Notes under the pieces: model-generated | The model's input: only the letters and a program-made list of their open reading frames with translations | The model's database searches: none | What the model was told of the DNA's origin: nothing | Made by a program: the position numbers and the translations under genes | Shown: piece after piece, positions 11,030 to 19,945 of the stretch | Position numbering within the stretch: the stretch's first letter is position 1 | Layout of the letters: the number at the start of each line of letters is the position of its first letter | Origin: an uncultured delta proteobacterium | GTDB taxonomy: Bacteria; Myxococcota_A; Polyangia; Fen-1088 | Length of the DNA stretch: 64,000 bases | Direction: 5' to 3' | Assembly (NCBI GenBank): GCA_963737265.1 | Contig: CAVTRY010000007.1 | Location: 160,001-224,000 of the forward strand

Positions 11030-11967
11030 ACGGCCGCGACCGACGTCTTCGATGCCGTCGTTGCCCTCGCCGGCTGCGGCAACAGCGACAGAGGCGCCGT
11101 ATCCACCTTGGCGTTCGGAACAGCAGGCTCCGCCGTCCTCGCGACTGCGCTGGTTGCCGGCGTGGTCGTCTTGACCTCAGCAGGTGGAGTCGCCGCTGGC
11201 CCGCCGGCTCGAAGCCGAGGCCGGCCTTGGGGGCGACATCGTGCGTTCCTTGGCCACCGTTGGTGCGGCTGCACGTGGGATGGTGGCAGCGGCAACGGCT
11301 CGAGGCGCAGACGTGGCGGCGAAAGTCCGGACAGTCGTGCTCGGCGGGGACGGCGTTGCTCTTGCCATGGCCAGTGCCCTGACCGACGGGACTTCCTTGG
11401 ACTGGGCCGGCGTGGATGGCAGGGGCGTACGGCCCAGCTCCATCTTGTCGTGCAACGGACGTTCGTGGTCGGCGCTTCGCTGCTCATGCTCCGCGCGCAC
11501 CCTTTGCTCGACCTCTCTCCGCACCTCTTGCTCAACCTGCAGCCTGATCTCCTTCTGCATCTGGGCTCGCGCCTTCTCGCTCTCGCCCTTCAGCTCGTTG
11601 CCCAGGGTGACACGCAACTCCTGCTCGAGCGTCGCTCGCAGCTCCATGTCCCGCGCCGCGAGCCTGTCCGCCTCCCTTGGCGTGCTCGCAAGCTCGGCAT
11701 GCGCCTCTGCGCGGAGCCGCATTCAGGGCACCTCCGTCGAACGAGGCCGATCCATGCCAACACCGAGGCCAGCGCCAGCGAGCCAGGGCCAAGTCCCCAT
11801 CCACCCACCGGCGACCAATGGGGCAAGGCGTTCGAAGGGTCCTGCCCGAGGGTGAGGGACCAGAGTCCTCCGATGCCCCCGGCGAACGCTATCGCGGCAG
11901 GAATCACCGGCGCCACGGCCGGCTTTCCGATCCCCGAGATGGCTCTTTGACATCGTCTGCAACGCAT
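11026..11967 (-). pseudogene. Membrane protein with CxxC...CxxC, coiled coil and Pro/Ala-rich tail, broken over three frames
   Basis: MRCRRC-hydrophobic segments-CPECG frame, then an E/R-rich coiled-coil frame, then a P/A/T-rich frame. Confidence 0.5.
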
Positions 11968-12281
11968 GTGTCACCTATTAGGCTATTCCTCATCCGACCG
12001 GTCGGCGAGAAATGAAAAAGGCTTACCGCGGTAGGGTCGGGGCTCATGCGATGGAGCAGTCAAGGTCTACGGAGCGAGCCGACGTGAAAACGATCACGAC
12101 GGAGAAGGACCTTGCACGACGTGAACGAACGGCGTTTCCGTCGGACAGGTTCGCCCTCATGTTGTCAGATTTCTGAGACTCTGTGGTCTGCGAGGCTCGA
12201 CGAATGGCGGACCAGCCAAGGTCTCGCACCTCTCCGCGTTTGGACCATGGCTTGCTACGCTTTCACCCGAGGAGAAAGTTG

Positions 12282-13205
12282 ATGCGCTCACTTACAACCA
12301 AGGGTGGACTCGGATTGGCCGTCGCATTGTGCTTTGCCGGATGTCAGAAGGAGGGCCTGGCGACCGCTCCGGATTCTGGCGTCTCGCAGGGTGGCGTTGT
12401 CGCCGTGGGCGGCACGATCGGAACGGGCGGGGCAGGCGGACTACAGGGAACTGGTGGTGAGCCTGCAACGGGCGGAAACTCGGGTCAGGGCGGCTTGCCA
12501 GGTGGCGTTGGTGGTGCGTCCGCAACGGGCGGGAACGCCGGTCAGGGTGGTTTGCAAAGCGCCGCTGGTGGCACCACTGGAGCCGGCGGCCGGTCAGCTC
12601 TGGGTGGGGCGATCGGAACGGGAGGCACTGCTGGTGCCGGTGGTGCAGGAACCGGTCGCGATGCGAGCGCAGACGCAGGATGTCCGTCGGGCTGGACGAT
12701 TTGCTGTGGTCAGTGCCTCAGCCCTCTGGCGGGGATCTGCGTCGGGCCCTGCCCAGCAACGGGCGGGTCGGGCGCGGCTGGTGGCGTTCACAGCGCCGGT
12801 GGTACTAGCAGCGGTGCCGGCGGAAGCCTTGGCGGATTGGGGGGCGCACCGGGCGATGGCGGCGGTCAACCAACGGACGGTGGGCTGACCTGCGCGGATC
12901 TACAGGCTCTCTACGCTGAGGCCCTACCAGCGGCACGAAGCTGCGATGTCAATGCGAGCGTACAGTGCCAACAATTGGTCAGTTCATCTTTGTCGGTGTG
13001 CCCCGTCTGCACGACCCACGTGAACGACTCTTCAACCCTAACTACCATCAAGGCAAGGTGGGTGCAGGCCGGCTGCGATACATCTGTCGCGGTCCTTTGT
13101 CCAGAAATTGCCTGCGTCCAGCCAGGATCGAGCGTCTGCGTCACAGTCGACGGTGGTAGCGGTACGTGCAACGAGGTCTACCTCATCTTGCCAACAGAGC
13201 CGTGA
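12282..13205 (+). CDS. Myxobacterial-type Gly-rich, Cys-rich lipoprotein
   Basis: Lipobox 'CFAGC', GGxxGTGG linkers, two Cys-rich modules; RBS GAGGAG upstream. Confidence 0.7.
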   Translation: MRSLTTKGGLGLAVALCFAGCQKEGLATAPDSGVSQGGVVAVGGTIGTGGAGGLQGTGGEPATGGNSGQGGLPGGVGGASATGGNAGQGGLQSAAGGTTGAGGRSALGGAIGTGGTAGAGGAGTGRDASADAGCPSGWTICCGQCLSPLAGICVGPCPATGGSGAAGGVHSAGGTSSGAGGSLGGLGGAPGDGGGQPTDGGLTCADLQALYAEALPAARSCDVNASVQCQQLVSSSLSVCPVCTTHVNDSSTLTTIKARWVQAGCDTSVAVLCPEIACVQPGSSVCVTVDGGSGTCNEVYLILPTEP

Positions 13206-13498
13206 AACTACGACCGCCCATTCGCACCGTCGCGATCCAAATCCCAGCCCTCGCCATCCACGAGGCCGACGCCATCATCGACTTGCTCGGACAGCTCCAG
13301 GGCGCCCTGTGGGACTCCTACGGCGCCGCCATCGTCGATCGCAAACTGAGGCAGCTCCCTTTGTCGCGAACCAAGCCAGCAGTCCCTCCGACCCACCCTC
13401 CGACCCCAGCGACGACAACACGCCCTTCTGATTTGCGCCCGGCCAGACACCTGCCGCGACGACGGTCACGCCTCGGGCCGGCGGGCTCTACCATGTAG
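13202..13498 (+). CDS. Small hypothetical protein, possibly a transposon accessory gene remnant
   Basis: GTGA overlap with the upstream stop; helical 'IIDLLGQLQGALWDSYG' segment. Confidence 0.35.
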   Translation: MKLRPPIRTVAIQIPALAIHEADAIIDLLGQLQGALWDSYGAAIVDRKLRQLPLSRTKPAVPPTHPPTPATTTRPSDLRPARHLPRRRSRLGPAGSTM

Positions 13499-13681
13499 GG
13501 CTCTCGGCCGGAGAGCAATGGCTTGGTGAAGCAGGCGGGGGCGCGGTTGGCGAACCTGCTGAACGCGGCTTTCAAATGATTCGCGACCGGCGGACGCCGA
13601 GGTGCCCCACACCCACCGCGCCACTTTGCTCCGGCACGGAGGGCGCCACTGCTTTCTTGGCGGCAGCTATACTTGCCGCCC

Positions 13682-14389
13682 ATGTGCGGCCGGATGACCT
13701 TAACAAGCAGCGATTTGGGACAAGTTCTCGGCGAGCTGAAGGAAGCACTCGGAAGCGCGGGCGTGTGGCCCATTTCGGCCGACGACGATGCGGCCTCGCT
13801 GTTTCGGCCGCGCTACAATGTCGCACCGACACAGCTTCACCCGGTCTTACGCCGCCTGCGAGACCACGCGAACCTGGGCTTCGCCAGTTGGGGCGTTCTG
13901 GCGCGTGGACTAGGCAAGCCACCCGCCATCAATGCACGCGCCGAGACCGTATCGGTCAAGCCTGCCTTCAAAGACGCCTTGGCAACCAGACGGTGCGTGA
14001 TCCCGGCGGATGGTTTTTTCGAGTGGAAGTCGGGCCCGGACGGCCGTCAGCCGCTGTGGTTCCACCGACCTGATGGCAAGCTGATTTTGCTGGCCGGGCT
14101 CTTCGAGGAAGGCATGGCGACGGGAAACGAACCAGTGCGCGCGCGCTTCGTCGTTCTGACGACGTCGCCCAATGCCCTCATGGCCCCGGTTCACAATCGG
14201 ATGCCGGCGCTGCTGTCCCCGTCGGAGGCAGCGGACTGGCTGGCGGAACCGACGGTGAAGGTGCTGCACCCAGCGCCTGATGAGCTGCTCGTCGCAACAC
14301 CAGTTTCCACGCGGGTGAATTCGCCTCGGCACGACAATCCGGCTTGCCTGGGTCCACCTCGAGGCGTGCAGATGCGCCTTTTCGAGTAG
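13682..14389 (+). CDS. SOS response-associated peptidase (SRAP/YedK/HMCES family)
   Basis: N-terminal MCGR, 'RYNVAPTQ', 'INARAET', 'RCVIPADGFFEW', 'HNRMP'. Confidence 0.93.
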   Translation: MCGRMTLTSSDLGQVLGELKEALGSAGVWPISADDDAASLFRPRYNVAPTQLHPVLRRLRDHANLGFASWGVLARGLGKPPAINARAETVSVKPAFKDALATRRCVIPADGFFEWKSGPDGRQPLWFHRPDGKLILLAGLFEEGMATGNEPVRARFVVLTTSPNALMAPVHNRMPALLSPSEAADWLAEPTVKVLHPAPDELLVATPVSTRVNSPRHDNPACLGPPRGVQMRLFE

Positions 14390-14509
14390 TTGGCGAGCTT
14401 GAGGACGTTGACGGCGCCGCGCAAACAGGCGGCTAAATCACGGGCGGCGACCGGCGCGTCCGAAAAGCATCCAATCTTGGAACGCGCAAGTCCTCACAGC
14501 CATCCTCCC

Positions 14510-15313
14510 ATGCCATTCCCAACACGTAAACCTTGTCCGTCATCGACCCACTGGGGCCGCTGGGAAATATGTTCGGCCATCATCGCTGGCCTGGCGTTGC
14601 CGTTCCTCGTTGCTTGCCGCCATGACACCAGCAGTCTGTTTCCGCTTGCGGTCGGATTCCAGCCGCTAGAACCCAGCACAGCGCCGCTACCCGCCCCAGT
14701 CACAGGCGACGCTTATCCGGAAGTGCAGACCTCAGTCACAGGAAACCGAGATGGCCACGACTGGGCACATTCCCAGGCATACGTCCACGCAGCGCTATCC
14801 GATGTCTGGACCGCCATGCAACTCCCGACGGTCTGTCATATTCACGGCACCAACTCGTGGACCGTGCAGGACGTGGGCTCCGAGCCGTTCCCCATGAGCT
14901 TCGTCATTCACTACAGCGCCGGCCCGTCGTTCTATTCGGTCGAATGGGAAGACACCTACCGCGGCGGAGTGCTCGCTGGAACGACCGACGCTCCTGCCGC
15001 CTATGGCATGCGTGGCCAGAAGACTTGGGGCACCACCTTCGTAACACTGCAGTCGATCTCGGTCGGAGCTCGGCCCGTCCAGGGAGAAAGCAGCGTGGCT
15101 GCACTTGAGATGGTTGGCTGGCTCAACGCCACGGACTCGGGTCAATCGGATGCCGCTGGGATGCTGTCGGACTTCTACCAAGGCCTTGTCGCCCAGATTC
15201 ACGGCGGAGCTGATGTTGGTGCGGCTGGGACGGACGGTGGCGCTATCGAGGTGGGCAGCGTGGATACCGGCACAGAGGAATCACCGCCTGGCGACAGCAT
15301 TTCGCAACCATAG
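14510..15313 (+). CDS. Hypothetical lipoprotein
   Basis: Hydrophobic segment ending in 'LVAC'; ~267 aa open frame. Confidence 0.55.
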   Translation: MPFPTRKPCPSSTHWGRWEICSAIIAGLALPFLVACRHDTSSLFPLAVGFQPLEPSTAPLPAPVTGDAYPEVQTSVTGNRDGHDWAHSQAYVHAALSDVWTAMQLPTVCHIHGTNSWTVQDVGSEPFPMSFVIHYSAGPSFYSVEWEDTYRGGVLAGTTDAPAAYGMRGQKTWGTTFVTLQSISVGARPVQGESSVAALEMVGWLNATDSGQSDAAGMLSDFYQGLVAQIHGGADVGAAGTDGGAIEVGSVDTGTEESPPGDSISQP

Positions 15314-15497
15314 ACCAACTCGGCAGCGAGCTGGTCGGAACCTCGCTCATGGGCCGACTTCAGCCCGCGTTCGTCGGGAAGATCTGGATTCGGCATTCCA
15401 TCCGAAGCGATGCCGAGGATTTTCGCGATCACTGCCAGCAGCGACCTACCATTCGACATTCGACTGCCTCCCGTCTGCGAAGTACAATCCCCGTGAA

Positions 15498-15689
15498 ATG
15501 TTCTCTGAACACCTCGCCAAGATTGAAACCACACTCCGGCACAGCACCAGTATTCCGGAGGCCACTCGACAGGAATTGCTCGACCTCGTGGCTGCGTTAA
15601 GGACGGAGGCGACGCCGTTGCTGGCGACGCACGGCGAGTCAGCGCGTGAAATTGCGGACAGCGCGGAAGCTGCGGTACAGGCATTGTAA
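15498..15689 (+). pseudogene. Truncated DUF4404-like helical protein
   Basis: 'HLAKIETTLRHSTSIPEATRQELLDLVAALRTE..THGESAREIA' ends early at an AT-rich junction. Confidence 0.45.
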
Positions 15690-15744
15690 AGTTTATTTAT
15701 TTACAGCGCCTAACCAGCCGAGCGGCGCGCACCTGGTTGTCCAC

Positions 15745-15831
15745 AAGGAGCCAACGATCTTCAAGGCCAAGCCAGCTCGCATGGTGATCAAGGGACGCCC
15801 TGTGAAAGCGGCCAAAGATGCTGTCGCGTAG
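15745..15831 (+). pseudogene. C-terminal fragment of an HU-family DNA-binding protein
   Basis: 'KEPTIFKAKPARMVIKGRPVKAAKDAVA*' resembles the HU arm/C-terminus; no N-terminus present. Confidence 0.5.
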
Positions 15832-15904
15832 GCACCGACCAGCGGCTTGGCCGAGTACGAAGATGCTATCGCCCCCGAGGTTCGATGGCACCTTCGGGGC
15901 CTCT

Positions 15905-16309
15905 ATGGGCCAGTACAACAGTTCCATCACGCGCGTACGCCCCGTGTTTCAGTCGCTCTTCACCCGAGACCCGACTGCGTCATCCTGGCTCCCCGCGCTT
16001 CTTCGCCTGACAGGACGGGATACCTACGGCGCGCTGCTTGCTGAGAAACCGGGCGTACCGCCGCCGTGGCTGTGGCGGAAGCGGTCCTTCGGCGCGATTG
16101 ACCTTGAGGCTTGCTTTGAGCACAGCCTGCCGCCGCCAGAGCCTTTTCTCCGGTGGCTGATTGAGCATCCGGAGAGAATGCAGGTGCCTACTCCCGAAGA
16201 ACTAATGCGGCTTGGTGAAGATACTCGTCGACCACTGCACGCCCCCATGCGCAAGGGGAAGCACACTTTTGGCGAACGGAGAGAGAAGGATGCAGATTGT
16301 GGCGGTTGA
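15905..16309 (+). CDS. Hypothetical protein, probably C-terminally truncated
   Basis: MGQYNSSITRVRPVF...LPPPEPFLRWLIEHP looks globular, then degrades. Confidence 0.35.
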   Translation: MGQYNSSITRVRPVFQSLFTRDPTASSWLPALLRLTGRDTYGALLAEKPGVPPPWLWRKRSFGAIDLEACFEHSLPPPEPFLRWLIEHPERMQVPTPEELMRLGEDTRRPLHAPMRKGKHTFGERREKDADCGG

Positions 16310-17169
16310 TGCCTTGTCTCGTCCCTCTACTGTTCTTGTCAGCAGTCTCGCCAACGCCCGATGGCGGCGTGCCTGACGCCTCGGCAGCCCAGTCTGGGGT
16401 GCAAGGGTTTGACTTGCGTTGGAGTCACGTCACGACACCGAAGCCGGGCCGGTCTCGCTCCATCGGTCAGCCAGGAGCGGGTTGCTTGCAGGGGGCGGTT
16501 TCCTTGCCCTTGCACGGCCCAGGCTGGATGGTCATGCACCCTGAACGGCATCGCGAGTTCGGCCACCCGGCGCTGGTGGCCTATCTACGCGATCTCGCGT
16601 CCAGCACGCGTCGCCACCACCTGGGCCTCCTGTGCGTGGGCGATCTCGGCCAGGCCCGCGGCGGGCCTATGCCAACCGGTCATCGCAGTCACCAGACTGG
16701 GCTCGACCTCGATGTCTGGTATGCAGCACCGGCCAAGCCACGCTTGTCGGGCAAAGCGCCCGTGCCGCCCGAGGTGGTCGACCTGCGCACCGGCAAGCTG
16801 CTGCCCACCTGGAACAGCCGCGTGGCGCGCCTGATCGAGACCGCAGCCTCCGATGCGGCCGTGGACCGCATCTTCGTTCATCCGGCCATCAAGCGCGCAC
16901 TTTGCAAGGACAAAAGTCGGGCTGGTGCGTGGCTGCAGCGGGTGCGGCCCTGGTGGGGGCACCACGACCACCTGCACGTGCGCCTGCGATGTCCTACTGA
17001 TAACCCCGATTGCAAGGAGCCGCAGCCCTTGCCCACCGGTGAAGGCTGTGATGCCTCGCTCGACTGGTGGTTCTCCGACGATGCGCGCGCCACCGCGGCC
17101 AAGCGCAGTCCACCCGGCGAGGGCGCCCCTCCCATGCCAGAGCAGTGTGAGTCAGTCCTTGAGCACTGA
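16309..17169 (+). CDS. mepA: Penicillin-insensitive murein endopeptidase
   Basis: 'GHP', 'GDLGQARGG', 'HRSHQTGLDLD', 'RPWWGHHDHLHVRLRCP'. Confidence 0.9.
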   Translation: MPCLVPLLFLSAVSPTPDGGVPDASAAQSGVQGFDLRWSHVTTPKPGRSRSIGQPGAGCLQGAVSLPLHGPGWMVMHPERHREFGHPALVAYLRDLASSTRRHHLGLLCVGDLGQARGGPMPTGHRSHQTGLDLDVWYAAPAKPRLSGKAPVPPEVVDLRTGKLLPTWNSRVARLIETAASDAAVDRIFVHPAIKRALCKDKSRAGAWLQRVRPWWGHHDHLHVRLRCPTDNPDCKEPQPLPTGEGCDASLDWWFSDDARATAAKRSPPGEGAPPMPEQCESVLEH

Positions 17170-17479
17170 CAGCGCAACACCTACGCGGCAGTTGCGTCGG
17201 TAAACAGCGCCGCCGCATCCTCGGCGCCAAGGTGCTTCAGGTAGTGTCCGAGTGCTCCACGGAAAAACTCCATGCGGTTCTTGATGCCGCGCGCGCGCCA
17301 CGCCTAGTCCAGCTTGTCGACCACTGCGGCCTCCATGTGCAGGGGCCTCACAGGCGACCTGCCTATCGGCTCACCACTGCAAAACGGTGTCCAGCATCTC
17401 GTACAGGCCCCCGAGGCTCTTCGAACGACCGCAGGAAATTCCGTGCACCCATCGCCCGCAGCGGCCAAGATTGCGGGCC

Positions 17480-18187
17480 GTGGACCGGCTTCGCACCCAT
17501 CGACGAAGGTTTCTTGCAGGCACGGCTGGAGCAGGGGCACTGCTGATCTGCCGGGGAATGGCCAGCGCGAAGCCTGCTACTTCCGAGAAGGATAACGGTG
17601 GCGACATCTCCCCGACCGAAGACCTCATGCGCGAGCACGGCGTCGTTCGTCGCCTTCTACTCGTGTACCAGGAGGCAGTGCCTCTCATCGCGACCGGCGA
17701 CGTGCCCGCTTTGCGCGTGGTCACCGGTGCGGCGGACATCATTCATCGCTTCGTCGAGGGTTATCACGAAAGGCTGGAGGAGGAGTTTGTCTTCCCCAAG
17801 CTGGAGAAGGCTGGAAAGCTGGTCGAGCTGACCAAGGTGCTTCGGGTCCAGCACTCGGTGGGACGAAAGCTCACCGACTCGATTGTCAGGGTGGCGAGAA
17901 TTGGAAAAGCAGCCACGGCCGAGCAGCGTCGGGCCGTGGTTCTCGACATCCAGGCCTTCCGGCGCATGTACGAGCCCCACGCGGCCTGGGAAGACACCGA
18001 GCTGTTCCCAGTCTATCGGGGCGAGTTCACCGAGGCGGAATTCGACAAGCTGGGTGATCGATTCGAAGAGCAGGAGCATAAGCTTCTCGGTAGCGGCGGT
18101 TTCGCGGGAACACTGAAGGAGGTGGGTGACCTCGAGCAGGCGCTAGGTATCCACGATCTTGCAAAGTTCACAGCTGCTTCGAAGTGA
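17480..18187 (+). CDS. Hemerythrin-domain protein with Tat-like signal
   Basis: 'RRRFL' Tat motif; 'EDLMREHG', 'YHERLEEEFVFP', 'HAAWEDTELFP'. Confidence 0.82.
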   Translation: MDRLRTHRRRFLAGTAGAGALLICRGMASAKPATSEKDNGGDISPTEDLMREHGVVRRLLLVYQEAVPLIATGDVPALRVVTGAADIIHRFVEGYHERLEEEFVFPKLEKAGKLVELTKVLRVQHSVGRKLTDSIVRVARIGKAATAEQRRAVVLDIQAFRRMYEPHAAWEDTELFPVYRGEFTEAEFDKLGDRFEEQEHKLLGSGGFAGTLKEVGDLEQALGIHDLAKFTAASK

Positions 18188-18190
18188 GAG

Positions 18191-18373
18191 CTGACAGAAA
18201 TCGCGGCGCTTCGCCGCGCCGTCGGAGCTGATAGCGTTTTCGCTGCATCTAAGCGTCTCGGCATATCGCCTCACACGTTGGAGCGAGCCCTGGCTGGCGT
18301 TGGACTGCGGAAAGGCACTGCCCTTCAGATTCGACTCTCGCTGGAGCTGCAGCAGAACGGCGACGCCCAATGA
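18191..18373 (+). pseudogene. 5'-truncated small HTH-like protein (not in the ORF track)
   Basis: Open frame 'AASKRLGISPHTLERALAG' ending at TGA 18371-18373; no start codon. Confidence 0.4.
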
Positions 18374-18437
18374 CCCTCTTGGATTCTGAGTCCGCGCTGG
18401 CGCTGCTCCCGGCTTCGATCGAGCGACTGGAGCTCCC

Positions 18438-18740
18438 ATGAGCGTCGAGGATGCGATCAGCGGTGCCGTTGCCGTGGCCGTGGCGCCCATGCTCGAAGAG
18501 CTGCGCGCATTACGAGCCACCGTCGACGCACTCCGAGCCGGGTCCCCATCCCGGCTCGCCACCGTGGCCGAGCTGGTCCGCCTAGGCTACGGGTCACCCG
18601 CGAGCGTGCGACGACGAATCGCAGATGGCACGTACCCTGCGAGAAGGCACGGGAGAAGTATCAGGATCGATCTGGCCGCGCTCAAGCCCCCGACGCCCGA
18701 GTTCGTCGTTGAGCTCGCCGACAAAGCGAGGCGCAGGTGA
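18438..18740 (+). CDS. Excisionase-like HTH protein
   Basis: 'TVAELVRLGYGSPASVRRRIADGTYPARRHGRSIRID'; overlaps the integrase start. Confidence 0.65.
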   Translation: MSVEDAISGAVAVAVAPMLEELRALRATVDALRAGSPSRLATVAELVRLGYGSPASVRRRIADGTYPARRHGRSIRIDLAALKPPTPEFVVELADKARRR

Positions 18741-19204
18741 GCGACATCGACCTAGGAAGGGCCGAGGAAGGATTGACTGGAGGCGTCGGACAACTCTTCA
18801 GGCCGACGTGCACATCACGCGGCGGGCGGCCCGACATCGGAAGTCCAGCCCAGTTCATCCGCCCCATCACCGTGCACAAGGCGCTTGCGAAAGCGCTGGT
18901 GGCTTGCGAGCTGCCCAAGATGACCCTGTACCAATGCACGCGTCACACGTTCGCTTCACAGTGGGTCATGAACGGCGGCAACCTGGAAGTGCTCGCCAAG
19001 ATCATGGGCCATTCCTCCACGTCCACGACCCAGCACTATGCTCACCTTGCCCCGGATTTTTTCGGGGCCAAGGCGTTCGATATGGTTGCAGTGGATCTTT
19101 CCAAACCGGCAGCGGTTGTGCTATCTCTTCGCGACGCTCCCGGTACACTTGGGCAGAGAATAGGCAGAACGCATCGAGACACCGCGGAGAAACAACTAGC
19201 ATAA
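18737..19204 (+). pseudogene. Tyrosine integrase, internally deleted (C-terminal catalytic part only)
   Basis: 'TRHTFASQWVMNGGNLEVLAKIMGHSSTSTTQHYAHL' retains the box II R, H and Y; only 155 aa. Confidence 0.85.
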
Positions 19205-19211
19205 GTACGCG

Positions 19212-19264
19212 AAATTAAAAGATAATGGGCGCATAGCTCAATTGGTAGAGCAGCGGACTCTTAA
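19212..19264 (+). repeat. attR copy of the 53-bp repeat, forming the 5' half of the intact tRNA
   Basis: Identical to 9065-9117; begins just after the integrase stop. Confidence 0.92.
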
Positions 19265-19299
19265 TCCGTTTGTTGTAGGTTCGATTCCTACTGTGCCCA
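19227..19299 (+). tRNA. tRNA-Lys (anticodon CTT), CCA not encoded
   Basis: Acceptor stem GGGCGCA/TGTGCCC, D arm, anticodon arm GCGGA-CTCTTAA-TCCGT, T arm GTAGG-TTCGATT-CCTAC. Confidence 0.97.
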
Positions 19300-19300
19300 C

Positions 19301-19893
19301 GATTGAATCAGGAACCCTGGAAGGGTTCCTGTAACCTCCCGCGACGAGCTCCGCCGAGCTAGGCTCGGCTTCGCTCACGCGATTGAGGAATCAGGAACCC
19401 TGGAAGTCCTGTAACCTCCCGCGACGAGCTCCGCCGAGCTAGGCTCGGCTTCGCTCACGCGATTGAGGAATCAGGAACCCTGGAAGTCCTGTAACCTCCC
19501 GCGACGAGCTCCGCCGAGCTAGGCTCGGCTTCGCTCACGCGATTGAGGAATCAGGAACCCTGGAAGTCCTGTAACCTCCCGCGACGAGCTCCGCCGAGCT
19601 AGGCTCGGCTTCGCTCACGCGATTGAGGAATCAGGAACCCTGGAAGTCCTGTAACCTCCCGCGACGAGCTCCGCCGAGCTAGGCTCGGCTTCGCTCACGC
19701 GATTGAGGAATCAGGAACCCTTGGAGGGTTCCTGAGGGTTCCTGTAACCTCCCGCGACGAGCTCCGCCGAGCTAGGCTCGGCTTCGCTCACGCGATTGAG
19801 GAATCAGGAACCCTTGGAGGGTTCCTGAGGGTTCCTGTAACCTCCCGCGACGAGCTCCGCCGAGCTGGGCTCAACTTCGCTCACGCGATTGAA
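19301..19893 (+). repeat. Tandem array of 7 double-hairpin units (5 x 80 bp, 2 x 93 bp)
   Basis: Units start at 19301, 19381, 19461, 19541, 19621, 19701 and 19794; no unique spacers. Confidence 0.95.
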
Positions 19894-19945
19894 AGGACTT
19901 ACGCCATGGACCGCTATGGTCCGGCAAGTAGCTACTTCGGTCAGC

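Larger units (their letters stand above)
9065..19264. mobile_element. ~10.2 kb decayed integrative element/genomic island in tRNA-Lys(CTT)
   Basis: Bounded by 53-bp direct repeats; xis-like and integrase genes at the right end; mosaic and fragmentary cargo. Confidence 0.88.

Noticed and set aside
9686-11950. 754-aa radical SAM fusion protein from the ORF track
   Set aside because: The N-terminus is an alternate frame of the precursor gene and the C-terminus is antisense read-through past a deletion junction
12400-12870. Repeated GGCGG/ACGGGCGG motifs
   Set aside because: Explained by Gly-rich linker codons of the lipoprotein
19301-19893. CRISPR array
   Set aside because: Units are 80-93 bp and near-identical end to end, with no unique spacers, and no cas genes are in the window
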